A stretch of DNA of 64,000 nt from Octopus bimaculoides (GCF_001194135.2 NC_068986.1:18837783-18901782); one strand, 5' to 3'. Shown: positions 41,003 through 53,855, numbered from the stretch's first letter. The notes: generated from the sequence alone by a model not told the origin. Made by a program: numbers and translations.

Positions 41003-41442
41003 TCATCATCGTCGTCGTCGTCTTCGTCGTCGTCAGCATCATCATGATGGTTATCATTATCTTTTTTTATATTTACAATTATCGTTATCGTAGTTCGTTG
41101 TTCGATAGGAATTTTCTAAAATATTCCCAAAGAAACATCGAGAAACATACTAAATGTATTAATATGAGATTATATACCCACTCAACTTCCTTGTGTTCAA
41201 TGAACGCTTTCGCGTAAATCTCTCCGATAGTCTTTATAGGATTTAATGTACTCATGCCTTGAAATACGTAGAAATATATTGCCACTGACATGACCATACA
41301 CACCCTCAAATGTACAGATTAACACCAATAAACGTCATGCTTAAGCAGCTTCCGTTTAAATATATCATGTGTATGTGTGTGTGTGTATTTGTGTGTGTGT
41401 CTGTTTGTTTCTGTGTGTGTGTACACATGTATTCGTATATTT

Positions 41443-41774
41443 CTCTTTTACTCTTTTTCACCTGTTTCAGTAATTTGACTGTGGCCATGCTGGAGCACCG
41501 CCTTTAGTCGAGCAAATTGACCCCAGGACTTATTCTTTGTAAGCCTATTACGTATTCTATCGGTTCTTTTTTGTCGAACCGCTAAGTTACAGGGACGTAA
41601 ATACACCAACATCGGTTGTCAAGCGATGTTGGGAGACGGGCAAACACAGGCACACAAATATATACACACACACAAATAAATACAAATATACGTCGAGCGT
41701 CTTTCAGTTTCCGTCTACCAAATCCAGTCGCAAGGCTTTTTGTCGGCCCGAAGGTTTAGTAGAAGACACTTGCC

Positions 41775-41776
<2 letters not shown>
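41443..41776 (-). mobile_element. SINE family B, young-looking copy whose head is interrupted at 41776
   Basis: ctgtttcagtaatttgactgtggccatgctggagcaccgcctttagtcgagcaaattgaccccagg...agtagaagacacttgccca. The rest of the head resumes at ~41961-41995. Confidence 0.9.
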
Positions 41777-41777
<1 letters not shown>

Positions 41778-41837
<60 letters not shown>

Positions 41838-41963
41838 GGATGACGATTATGACACAACAATGTTAATATAATTATATTAACCAGCTTCGGAATTAATCTC
41901 CTATGCACATGCACATAAACACATAGATTCATGTGTATCATAAGCATACATCCATACATACAT
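41778..41963 (-). repeat. Copy 2 (inverted) of the 40562-40739 segment, inserted in a SINE head
   Basis: About 9 substitutions and two small indels relative to copy 1 over ~125 nt (hand count), plus the same (AAT)n tract. Confidence 0.9.
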
Positions 41964-42399
41964 GTTGTTCGTAAGCAACATACTTACCACGTAGCCTAGC
42001 AACTATGCGGATAAAGGCTTGGGTATGAGAGCCATAACGCAATCCTATACTAAAACTTGTTTAATATCCTATGCACATTTCAATGCAAGATCTCGACTCA
42101 CTCTTGTCTGAGATAAGAAAATGTGGCCTTGCATCTATTCAGGGCCAAGTTAGATTAATGCTCTGCAGACATATATATATATATACATGAATTTATACAT
42201 ACTTACATGAATGTATGTATGCATTTTTGTCATTTCTAATGTGATAGTGTATATGTAGATATTATGTGATATACTCTTTATATCTGAGTTCATCTATGGG
42301 TATGCCGGGTGTACGTATGCATCTATTTATCGCGTGTTAGATAGAAAGACAGATAGAAAACATCACATATACATGCAATATTATAGATTTATTCTATCT

Positions 42400-42779
42400 T
42401 TGTTTTTCATTTGTCATGTTTTCATTCATTAGACTGCGGCCATGCTGAAGCACCGCCTGCAATAACTTATTTTTCAGTCTGGAAATTTATTCAAAGAAAA
42501 TCTTTTGCCAAATTCCCTAGTTGATTCATATAAACACACCAACATCGTTTGTCACAAGCTGTGGTGTCAAAGGCGTAAAGACCCACAAAGACACACATAG
42601 ATATATCGATATATATTACCAGCTTCTTACAGTTTCTGTCTAGCTAATCTACTCAAAAGGTTTTGGTCGTCCCGATGCTATGGTAGCAGACAATTGCCGA
42701 ATATGACACGAAGTGAGTCTGAACAAGGAACAATGCGGTTGGGAAGCAAGCTTCATACCACACACCCAAGCATGCACCT
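42400..42779 (-). mobile_element. SINE family B, old full-length copy
   Basis: cattagactgcggccatgctgaagcaccgcc...gcttcttacagtttctgtcta...ggttgggaagcaagcttcataccacac. Confidence 0.8.
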
Positions 42780-44621
42780 TACATCCTTACATACATTTAT
42801 ATACATTTACCTGGACTAATATTCACGGCAGTTCTTCAATCTCCATTCAAATAATGTCATGATTCCGCTTACATTTCAATATGTCCGACAGTAGCGTTCT
42901 GAATTGCCTAATGCAATATGTCTACTTGTGAAATAAATTTTCCTCATTTTAAATGATTTGTATTTTCTTCATTATTTCGAATTAATGTATTCGTGAAATT
43001 TTCCAGCTTTAATGATACGTATATTTAAGGAAATTTTAGGGAAATCTATTAAATATCTGCAGCAAACGTTGTTGTTAGGAAACGTGTTACGAAAAAAAGA
43101 AAAAAACGAAACTGATATCTGCTTAGGAACTGAAAATTAAAATGAATAAAACAGACGACAAATCTATTTTTGTGTGTGCGTGTGTGGGTTAGAGGGAGGG
43201 GTGTATACATAAGTACTTATCAATAAGCACACGCACACAAATATGCAATTTTGAGACTTTCCCGCTGACGCAGATATGTGTCTGCGAGAGTGAAAATATA
43301 TAATATTCGATATATACAGTAACACATCTATGTACATCTATGTACTTGTATGATATTATACTTACCCGATCCCACATAAACGCAGACATACACAAACACA
43401 CTTGCACACACAGGCAAAGGAACATATATATATATATATATATNNNNNNNNNNNNNNNNNNNNNNNNNNNNNNNNNNNNNNNNNNNNNNNNNNNNNNNNN
43501 NNNNNNNNNNNNNNNNNNNNNNNNNNNNNNNNNNNNNNNNNNNNNNNNNNNNNNNNNNNNNNNNNNNNNNNNNNNNNNNNNNNNNNNNNNNNNNNNNNNN
43601 NNNNNNNNNNNNNNNNNNNNNNNNNNNNNNNNNNNNNNNNNNNNNNNNNNNNNNNNNNNNNNNNNNNNNNNNNNNNNNNNNNNNNNNNNNNNNNNNNNNN
43701 NNNNNNNNNNNNNNNNNNNNNNNNNNNNNNNNNNNNNNNNNNNNNNNNNNNNNNNNNNNNNNNNNNNNNNNNNNNNNNNNNNNNNNNNNNNNNNNNNNNN
43801 NNNNNNNNNNNNNNNNNNNNNNNNNNNNNNNNNNNNNNNNNNNNNNNNNNNNNNNNNNNNNNNNNNNNNNNNNNNNNNNNNNNNNNNNNNNNNNNNNNNN
43901 NNNNNNNNNNNNNNNNNNNNNNNNNNNNNNNNNNNNNNNNNNNNNNNNNNNNNNNNNNNNNNNNNNNNNNNNNNNNNNNNNNNNNNNNNNNNNNNNNNNN
44001 NNNNNNNNNNNNNNNNNNNNNNNNNNNNNNNNNNNNNNNNNNNNNNNNNNNNNNNNNNNNNNNNNNNNNNNNNNNNNNNNNNNNNNNNNNNNNNNNNNNN
44101 NNNNNNNNNNNNNNNNNNNNNNNNNNNNNNNNNNNNNNNNNNNNNNNNNNNNNNNNNNNNNNNNNNNNNNNNNNNNNNNNNNNNNNNNNNNNNNNNNNNN
44201 NNNNNNNNNNNNNNNNNNNNNNNNNNNNNNNNNNNNNNNNNNNNNNNNNNNNNNNNNNNNNNNNNNNNNNNNNNNNNNNNNNNNNNNNNNNNNNNNNNNN
44301 NNNNNNNNNNNNNNNNNNNNNNNNNNNNNNNNNNNNNNNNNNNNNNNTATATATATATATATATATATATTATATACACATATATATATATATATATACA
44401 TATATATATACATACATATATACATACATATATGTACCTAAGTATGTATGTATCTACGTATATTTGTAAATGCAATTTCTGTGAAATGAAGGTCAAAAGA
44501 TTAAAGAGAAGCCAAGAAAAAAGGCTACATAAATATTAGCAAACATTTCTTAATTGCCTGTTTGCTTCTTTCACGCGTGTGTATCTGTATATATATATAT
44601 ATATATATTTAAATGTATGCC

Positions 44622-44675
<54 letters not shown>

Positions 44676-45347
44676 TGGGTGTGTGTGTGTGCGTGTGTAA
44701 CTATTATGTATTTATATATATGTATCTATATTTATATAAATATATATATGCGTGTGCATAAATACACGTACGTTCGCCCGTGCGTGTGTATGTGTACATA
44801 TATGGTTGTGTAACTACATATTTGTATACATGTATATACATACAGATATATGTATGTGTGTGTGTGTGTGCGTGTGTGTGTGTGTTTGTGTGTGTGTAGC
44901 CTTAATGCGGATAATTACAATGTCGTTCAAGTTAGTTAGAAGTATCGAATAAAGATCACCCTGTGCGGTTGTCATTAACCAAAACTCTTTCTCTATAATT
45001 GTTAGTTGCTTATAAAACATGTGCCACTTACTAAAGTGTATGTTTGTAATTGCAGATTTCACGCATATTTGTGTCGAGCTGCGACTAGTATGCTAAACGT
45101 TATCTCTTTCTTAAATTCTTTTTCTTCCTTTTCATCTTATTTGCATTACTCGACTCTTCAGTTTTCTTTATGTCATGTTATTTGTCTCCGACCAGACCTA
45201 CCTACTTCTAGAACTCATGTATAATGTATTTTGATGTAATTTTTGCTGTCCTTTATGCTCATACGTATATTATATAAACCACAAATTGTAAATGGCTCAA
45301 TATTCTTCCATACAAGAATGCACACACACTCTCTCTGTATCTTCATA

Positions 45348-46530
45348 TTATTGGTTTATTCCATAAATAATGCGGTTTTTCAATTGCATGAACTAAAAGT
45401 CGGATAAGGGACGAGATAAACTACCCGCATCAGCTTGCTATAAACACAGGAAGTGTGCAGTTCGATTTTAAAAGTTATTTTTTCAACCCTATAATAGAAG
45501 TGACAAAGGACAATATTCGGCATATTTTGCTTTATGTGTTCACGAAACGCAACAACACAACGGAAAGAACGAGGAATATTAATGTAGTATATGGGGATCA
45601 CTCTATAAGCGTAAGCCAGTGTCAACAGTGTTTCCAGAAACTACAGCGAAAGAAGATGAGCCTTGTCCTGGAAGATCTTTAGAGCTTGACGAGGATGTCA
45701 TGCAAACCTTGATGGAACGAAATCCCATCGGAACTGTTGAGGAACTGGCAGAGAAGCTTGGATTTGTTCACTGGGCCATTCAACGGCAACTTCGTGCACA
45801 CGGAAAAGACGAAAAATTGCGTTGTCTTCCTCATAAACTTTCCGAGTATAATCACGCGCAGAGAGTGAATGTTTGCTCTTCTTTGCTGTCACCTCTCACT
45901 AATGAACCATTTTGGGACCGAATAGTAACTGGCGACGAGAATTGGATTCTCTATAAAAATGTCAAGCGCTCAAGATTGTGGGTAGGGAAAGGAGAAATAC
46001 CGGCACCTCAGGCTAAATAAGATCTTCACCCACGTTAGGTGTTGTTATCTGATTGGTGGGATATAAAAACTTTAATCCACTGAACTTTTAAACCCAAACC
46101 AAACGATAACAACGGAGACTTACTGCGACGAGCTTGAGCGGCTTAAATCAGTACTAGAATCAAAACGACCATCTTTGGTTTCAACACGAATAGAGCACCT
46201 GGATAATGTTCGGTCGTATACAGCGTAGTTCAGAATCCAAAGGCTGGAGTAGTTTGAATGGGAAACGATGAGTCAGCCCCCATATTCGCTGGACATTGCT
46301 CCATCTGATTATCATTTATTCTGCGGTTTCCAAAATCGTTTCGACGGAAAAGCTATGAATCCTGTAGACGCGGTCAGAACTGTAGTGGACAAGTGATTTT
46401 CGTCACGTAGAAGTGAATGATGGAAGAGTGGGCCTTGCAAGTCTACCAGGTAGATGGAGGAGCTTTGTAGAAAATAAAGGAGTCTATTTTACTTTGCTTA
46501 TCTTTGTTTATCTAAATTTGAAAAGTAAAA
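45348..46530 (+). mobile_element. mariner (D,D34D) transposon, near full length but inactivated
   Basis: The left TIR-like ttattggtttattccataaataatgcggttttt resembles the Hsmar1 TIR. The translation includes IRHILLYVF, EDEPCPGRS and CLPHKL (WVPHEL), then IVTGDENW, HLDNVRSYT and QPPYSLDIAPSDYHLF. The second and third Asp codons (46202, 46307) are 105 nt apart, which gives D34D. Stops and frameshifts are present; the right TIR is not recognisable. Confidence 0.95.
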
Positions 46531-46564
46531 GTATATACATGTATGATTTCCGATCTCTCTCTCT

Positions 46565-46641
<77 letters not shown>

Positions 46642-47582
46642 GACATACAGGTACACACACACATACACTGAACCCCAATTCGAGTCTAAGAAATTGTTCT
46701 GAAAATAAACGTGACGTAGTTAACATTAGTACATATTCACATAACCCCGTACTCTACATATCATTTGAAATGGTGGCTGAGGGCTTTATTCTCGTACGTA
46801 TTAATCAACTAATTATGTTGAGGTACATTTGTTTGACCACAGATGGTCGTTCATGTTGGATAGAGAAGAATTTAGTCGTGAACGGAGTAAAGTTTACAAG
46901 TGACGTGGCAACAGTCGGACTGATACATAGAGTAGTAAAATGTCCGAGGAATACTAAGGCCTATACATTCTTAGATTACCGTCAAAACAAGACTTTTGTG
47001 TTGATGTCTCATTTGGCTTCATGTTTTAGGTTTCAACAAACAAACGTTTTTGATATTTTGAAATATGAATAGAAATAGTAATTAATGTTCAAATAAATGA
47101 AATTCCTTTCAATAATACTTCGTATATTTGTTGTTATGATATTACAAAAAATAAATATAGTTACATAAAATGGTACTTGGGGAAACACTGCATGCAGAGT
47201 TGAAATACACGATGCTACATACACGTAGCATATTTATGCGTGTATAGATTATTATGTATACGTACGTATATGTGTCTCTGTGGGTGTATGTATGTGTGTG
47301 TGTANNNNNNNNNNTGTGGGTGTATGTATGTGTGTGTGTATGTGTATGTGTGTGTGTGTGTGTGTATGAGTACATGTATGTATGCATGTATTGAATGTAC
47401 ATTATATAGGCGTAGGTGTGTGTGAACTTATATATATATGTGTATGTGTGTGTGTGTGTGTGTATGTGTACTTATGTGAATATATACAAATATGTGCATA
47501 CCTATATATTTAATATAATTTAATAAATATTGTTTATATATAAGGCACTTGTGCATGCCTTTATGCGTGTCTTGTTGCCGCG

Positions 47583-47650
<68 letters not shown>

Positions 47651-47747
47651 TGTGTGTGTGTGTATGTGTGTGTGTATGTGTGTGTGTGTGTGTGTTTGGG
47701 TGTATGTGTGTATGTATGCATATATATATATATATATATTGCATACA

Positions 47748-47781
<34 letters not shown>

Positions 47782-48690
47782 CATACATTCATACATACAT
47801 ATGTATATAATATATATATGACAAGTGTCTGCATACATGAGCGTATTTTCAACCCAGCGAACATACTTCCCGTACTTTCAACCATACCATATTTATGCCA
47901 ATGTGTATGTAAACGCAGTCATCGCCAAAATTCCTCCGTATTCTTTATTTAAACACAATAACCTCTATATTATAACGTCGAGAGCTTGCAGTGATTTCCT
48001 TTTGTTTTAGCACAATCCATCCAGACTTGGCGCCAAAAAGCGGAAGAAATATTATTGACCCGCAAGCTGGTAATATTAATTAAAACTATACTTCAATGGC
48101 GGATAACATTGATCGCTGGTCAGAGGCGGAAGTGAAGTGAAGTTGGAGCTAGTGACTTCATCAGGCAGTAGTTGGGAGATGTTTGCAACACAAGTTCTAA
48201 CGGATGGACGTAGAAAAATATCACAATTATCAAACACATCCTCCCATACAAACCAACATCGACACTGACGACTGCCAACAACAGTAGCATCATCATCATC
48301 ATCATCTTCGTCGTCGTCGTTCTCGTCGTTGTCGCCGTCGTCGTCGTCGTCATTATCATCATCATCATCATCAGCATCATCCTCCTCATCATCATCGTCA
48401 TCAACAGCAGCAGAATTTTGCATATCGATAATATCAATGTTTCCATGTTTCAATTATGTGTCAATATCTTTAATATTAAAATTATTAATCTACACACAAA
48501 TAATAATTCTTTGTATATATATACATATAAAAACGAGCGCATACATACACATATACATGTAAGTATGTGAATATATGTATACATATACTTATAAATTTTT
48601 ACCTTCTTTCTTCTAATTCTTCTTCCTCTTCTTAATCATCATCTTCTTCTTCTTCTCTGACTCCTTTCTCTTCGACTTATTTTTCTTTTC

Positions 48691-48827
48691 AGTTCTATAT
48701 TTAAGAGACGAGGAATTATGTACGTTATTTACATTATTTGTCCTCATCTTGTTTTTGGTTAACACAACGAATCGGCTGATAACCCCGCCCCACCCCAACA
48801 TTCATCAGGTGTCTTGGGGAATTTTCG
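48691..48827 (-). mobile_element. Penelope-like pLTR/retrozyme-like fragment carrying a mutated hammerhead motif
   Basis: The minus strand reads gacac-CTGATGA-atgttgg...tcagcc-GATTC-gtt-gtgtt (48813-48761). Stem I gacac/gtgtt and part of stem II pair, but GAAA reads GATT. Confidence 0.5.
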
Positions 48828-48890
48828 TAGTGGTTAAGAACGCAGGCTACCAACCCCGAGATTCCGTGTTTGATTGCAGGTACTGACCTG
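48826..48890 (+). mobile_element. Isolated tRNA-like SINE head followed by (AAT)n and (GAA)n
   Basis: cgtagtggttaagaacgcaggctaccaaccccgagattccgtgtttgattgcagg has A-box- and B-box-like spacing. It does not fold as an intact tRNA by eye. Confidence 0.55.
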
Positions 48891-48906
48891 AATAATAATA
48901 ATTATA

Positions 48907-49003
<97 letters not shown>

Positions 49004-49144
49004 TAATAATAATAATAATAATAATAATAATGGTAAAGAAGAAGAAGAAGAAGAAGAAGAAGAAGAAGAAGAAGAAGAAGAAGAAGAAGAAGAAGAAGAA
49101 GAAGAAGAAGAAGAAGAAGAAGAAGAAGAAGAAGAAGGATGACT

Positions 49145-49285
49145 TAAAATTACGCCAACGTCGGTATTGCCTTTCTTCCTTTCGGGGTCGATAAATTATA
49201 TACCAGTTGCGTAATGGGGTCGATCTAATCGACTGGCCTCATCCCACAAAATTTTGAGCCTTGTGTCTCGAGTAGAAAAGATTAC
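49145..49285 (+). mobile_element. SINE family A, 3' half
   Basis: gcctttcttcctttcggggtcgataaattatataccagttgcgtaatggggtcgatctaatcgactggcc...gccttgtgtctcgagtagaaaagatt. Confidence 0.85.
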
Positions 49286-49303
49286 TATTATTATTATTAT
49301 TAT

Positions 49304-49343
<40 letters not shown>

Positions 49344-51014
49344 CGTAATTTATTTATTATTTTTATTTACGCTTTCATTGCAACTGGATTTTTTTCTTTG
49401 TCAGGAGCTTTTATAAATGCGTACACATATACGTACAGATGTATACAAACAGACACACACACACACACACACACACACATGCAGATTCATTTAGATGTTG
49501 TCCAAGGTGATCGGAAATAATATTGTTGTTGCATCATTTCATTTATAATTATAGTACGTATATATCATCAATCTACTCATCATCAATCTCTCTCGCTGAT
49601 AAATATAATATAATATAATATATATANNNNNNNNNNNNNNNNNNNNNNNNNNNNNNNNNNNNNNNNNNNNNNNNNNNNNNNNNNNNNNNNNNNNNNNNNN
49701 NNNNNNNNNNNNNNNNNNNNNNNNNNNNNNNNNNNNNNNNNNNNNNNNNNNATATCATGAGAGAGATAGGAGAGAGAACTTCTTACTTAGAGAAATACAT
49801 ACATAATTGGATTGAATTACTCTCATTTATAATGTATATTGTCTGAAAATATATGAAAATTATCAAAAACGTCATATTTAGTGCAACAATAAAGTGATAC
49901 ATAAGTGTCATTATACCGAAATGAGTCTAGAAAATATAGCTAAGTATAGATATGACGCCTACGATACAAGATAAGGATATAAAATGCGTATGTGAATTAT
50001 ATACACTGGGGATTTGCAGTAAATATCGCTAATACATCATTTTCCAATAATAATATAAATAAATAATTAAGAAACACTCAGTTTGTTTCCTAATTAATTG
50101 AGAAAGGGAGTTAGAATTACAGAAATTATCGCTGAAAGTAAATTAGGTTACGCTAAAGATGTTTTAATGAAATTTTATGATTGAATACGTCGCGGTCATA
50201 GCGAGATATCACATTTTTATTGGTAGGTGTTCAAGCAGAGAACGCGATGAAAATTAGTTTATGAGAATAAATATTATAAGAAAATACTATAAGAAATACA
50301 TTTATGTATTTTTTTTTCTATTTCTTCCCACGAAATGACGCATAGAGAAATTACATTATAATTAGGCAGTAAGGTTGAATGCCTAATTTGCATATTTATG
50401 CATTTCCCAGCTCGTTATAAATGATATATTATCTATATTATGCACAACATAGCATAACTGACAAAATTTAAATGGTTTTAAGAATTACAAAACTACACAC
50501 AAATCAAATAAGAATGCACACATACACTTTCTATGCTTTCCATGTGTTGAAAATTCGGAAAGGCTATGCGGACGGATCGTTTCACGTTTTGTTGAACAAG
50601 CCTCCTCGAGAATGAACTCCATTTCATTCCGCAATAAGCAGTATTGTTCGGATGCTATATAAAACAGATATCAACAAATGCTGTACTTCTGTAGATAGGC
50701 TAATGTGCATATTTGTGTTTTCTGATACCGTCTCATTAATTAAAATATCAATTTTAATCACAAGACAGCGATTACGTATTAGTCACTCGTACTTGAATAT
50801 ATCTAAACTTTACATTGAATGGTGAAAGTATCTGCGTCTCCTTCTCTGGCGATCGACAAACAAAACGTAAACTTATCCATCACGGGACATTATTGTTCTT
50901 TTCACGTCATATCAAGAGCAAAAACCGTTTGCGCGCCGGTCAAAATACTTAGTGATATTTTGTCAAATTTGTATGTTCCGGATTTAAATTGCGCGGAGGT
51001 CGACTTTGTTTTAA

Positions 51015-51233
51015 GGGGCCAAGCAGGCAGAATCGTTAGCAAAGAGGACAAAATGCATAGCGGCATTTCGTCTGTCTTTACGTTCTAAGTTCAAATTTTG
51101 CCAAGTTCGACTTTGCCTTTCGTAATATTGGTATCGATAAAATACGTACCAGACGAGCACGGAAATGGATGTAACCGACTTAACCCCGCCCCCACCCAAG
51201 ACAGCTGGCCTTGTGTCATAATTTAAAATCAAC
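51015..51233 (+). mobile_element. SINE family A
   Basis: gcaggcagaatcgttagc...cggcatttcgtctgtctttacgttctaagttcaaatt...cgactttgccttt...atcgataaaatacgtaccag. It is preceded by a second family-A fragment at ~50975-51010. Confidence 0.85.
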
Positions 51234-51387
51234 ATATCTATTTCCTAATTTACTTAAATATATTTCAGTAATTCTGTTTTACGCTGAGCAATAGTTATTT
51301 CTTCTTGAGTGACGAATCAGAAAAAGGACGAATATAAAATGTAGGTTACAAACCCAGAATCTTGCCTACTTCTTGAAATAATACGTG

Positions 51388-51776
51388 ATGTTGTTGTTGG
51401 CACTCCGTCGCTTACGGCGCCGAGAATTCCAGTTGATCCGATCAACGGAACAGCCTGCTCGTGAAATTAACGTGCAAGTAGCTGAGCACTCCACAGACAC
51501 GTGTACACTTAACGTAGTTCTCGAGGATATTCAGCGTGACACAGTGTGACAATGCTTACCCTTTGAATTACAGGCACAACAGAAACAGGATGTAAGAGTG
51601 AGAGAAAGTTGTGGTGGAAGAGTACAGCAGCGTTCGTCACCATCCCCTGCCGGAGCATCGTGGACCATTAGGTATTTTCGCTCAATAAACACTCACAACG
51701 TTCGGTCTGTGAATCGAAACCGCGATCCTATGGCCACAGGTTCGCTGCCCTAACCACTGGACCATTGCGCCTCCAC
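51388..51776 (-). mobile_element. tRNA-derived SINE family C (probably Nin/Deu-domain type) with (AAC)n tail
   Basis: The minus strand begins gtggaggcgcaatggtccagtggttagggcagc...ggtttcgattc (clear A and B boxes), has a GC-rich ~320-nt body unrelated to families A and B, and ends ccaacaacaac. The superfamily assignment is from recall only. Confidence 0.8.
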
Positions 51777-52149
51777 TCGCGACCACGACGAGACGTGGGT
51801 ATGCTGATAGTAAGGGACGAAATACGTGTAACTCTTATCTGAGAGGTAGACAAGAAACTTACTTCAAGGATTAGCAAAAGAAAAGAAAAACATTTTTGCA
51901 TTAATTTTATTCTTTAACGTTGATCAAAACATTATAATCATATAAGCATGAATTTACTTGTATGGAAATTGACAAAAATTCATAAAATCACGCACACAAA
52001 GAAGCGCGCGCGGAATACATAGACACACACATGTATATATGTATGTACATAGTGGGAGTAAGGAATAAGAAATGAGAAGTGGTACATAGAGCTACTGATC
52101 CCCAGAAAACCGATTCCTCTCAACAACTTTTCGATTTCATATCGTAATC

Positions 52150-52345
52150 CAATAGGGGCAGGGCCTGAAAATTATAAAGGGTTTATTCCATTATATCGAC
52201 CCCAGTCAGAAACCTGTATTTATTTCATTGACCACAAATTGATGGAAGGCAAAGGCGACCGTCAAGGAACTTTCACTCAGAACGAACAGACGGATAAACG
52301 CTGCTCCGCCTTTCGTCCGGCCTGCTAACACTTCTGCCAGCTATC
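52150..52345 (-). mobile_element. SINE family A, inverted relative to the copy at 51015
   Basis: atatcgaccccagt...gatggaaggcaaaggcgacc...cactcagaacg...ctgctaacacttctgccagct. Confidence 0.8.
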
Positions 52346-52632
52346 GACATAAGAGTGCCATATAATACATCCTATCATTCTTAGCCCCTATACACAATAA
52401 AGCACAAAACAGATTCTTTAAAATAACATTCCAAGATAGTATTGTTCATTTGTTTTTCGTTGACATACAAATTCTATTGGATAACTACCATGTGATATCC
52501 ACAAGAGAATCATAGAATGGATCTCTAAAGGAACTAACGCACGCAGACACACATATTTATCAATAAATAGATGTGTGTGTGATATTTCGCGATATATATA
52601 TATATATATATAAATGAGTGTGTGTGTATGTG

Positions 52633-52726
<94 letters not shown>

Positions 52727-52957
52727 TGTATATCGCGTAATATCACCTGAGGCCTATAATCTCAAATTTCGTCCCATTTATATCGCAGATATATTTTTCG
52801 GTTTTGCTTTACTATTGACGGAGATAATAACATTGCCTGACTACATATATATAGAGTGGCGGTGCACTGCAAGCACTTCAATATCTCCCATAAACGTAGC
52901 ACAATCGTACACTTTAGTTAGCCCTATGTATGCGTATATACGCAGATATAAGTATAC

Positions 52958-52998
<41 letters not shown>

Positions 52999-53211
52999 CG
53001 TGTGTAAATATATATATCTAGATATGTATGTAATAAATACATAAATATATATGTACATATATATCGAAAATTTATTAACATACATATATAAATTTATAAA
53101 CAAACTCTATTGACATTCATATATGTGCATACACACGAACGTACATACAATTGTGCGTGCATGCATGTAATTGTGTTAGAGAGCGGGTGTGCATATGCAT
53201 GTTTATATATT

Positions 53212-53247
<36 letters not shown>

Positions 53248-53259
53248 TCTCCAAACCTT

Positions 53260-53294
<35 letters not shown>

Positions 53295-53855
53295 TTGTGT
53301 ATGTGTGCATATATATATATATGTGTGTGTGTGTGTGTATGTGTGTGTCTATGTATGTATATATGAATATAAGTAAGTATGTATGTATTCGTATGTGTAC
53401 ATACATTTCTTTTAGCTACACTCTTTAGATAAATCCACCTGCAATATTCTTTTTGGCATCAACTACAACATGTCCTGTTGCCTTGAGAGGCAATTTCAAA
53501 ATACAACATTATTAAAACCACACAGCGAATGCTTTAATGTTCTTCACGCAGATGCAATTTCGATCTTGTATCTTTGTTTCCCCGGAGCTTAAAGCTTCAT
53601 CCAATATCATCATTTATTTCAAAATACAGTCATGGCGGAAATTAGTTAATACTTCCAACTACCAAGTTACACTTGTCCCTGTGTATTTATAATGTTCACC
53701 TCAGGTTATATGTTTTAACTACTTCCAACACAATTCTGAACTTTCATCTACGTACAAGTTTTCGTTTCCTATGCAATGTGAAAATAACGTGCGTGTCATT
53801 CTTGCATCTCTTCTTTTCTCTTGTATTCAATGCTTCCTTCTACACCGCCTATAAG

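Noticed and set aside
48826-48890. Possible tRNA gene
   Set aside because: A/B-box-like motifs only; no acceptor stem and it runs straight into (AAT)n. Treated as a SINE head. The same applies to 51705-51776.
50359-50394. 9-bp inverted repeat aattaggca/tgcctaatt overlapping an octamer motif (atttgcat)
   Set aside because: Chance-level in AT-rich sequence, with no linked snRNA or promoter evidence.
53024-53085. 15-16-bp AT-rich inverted repeat around a (TA) palindrome
   Set aside because: Made of self-complementary microsatellite words; not informative.
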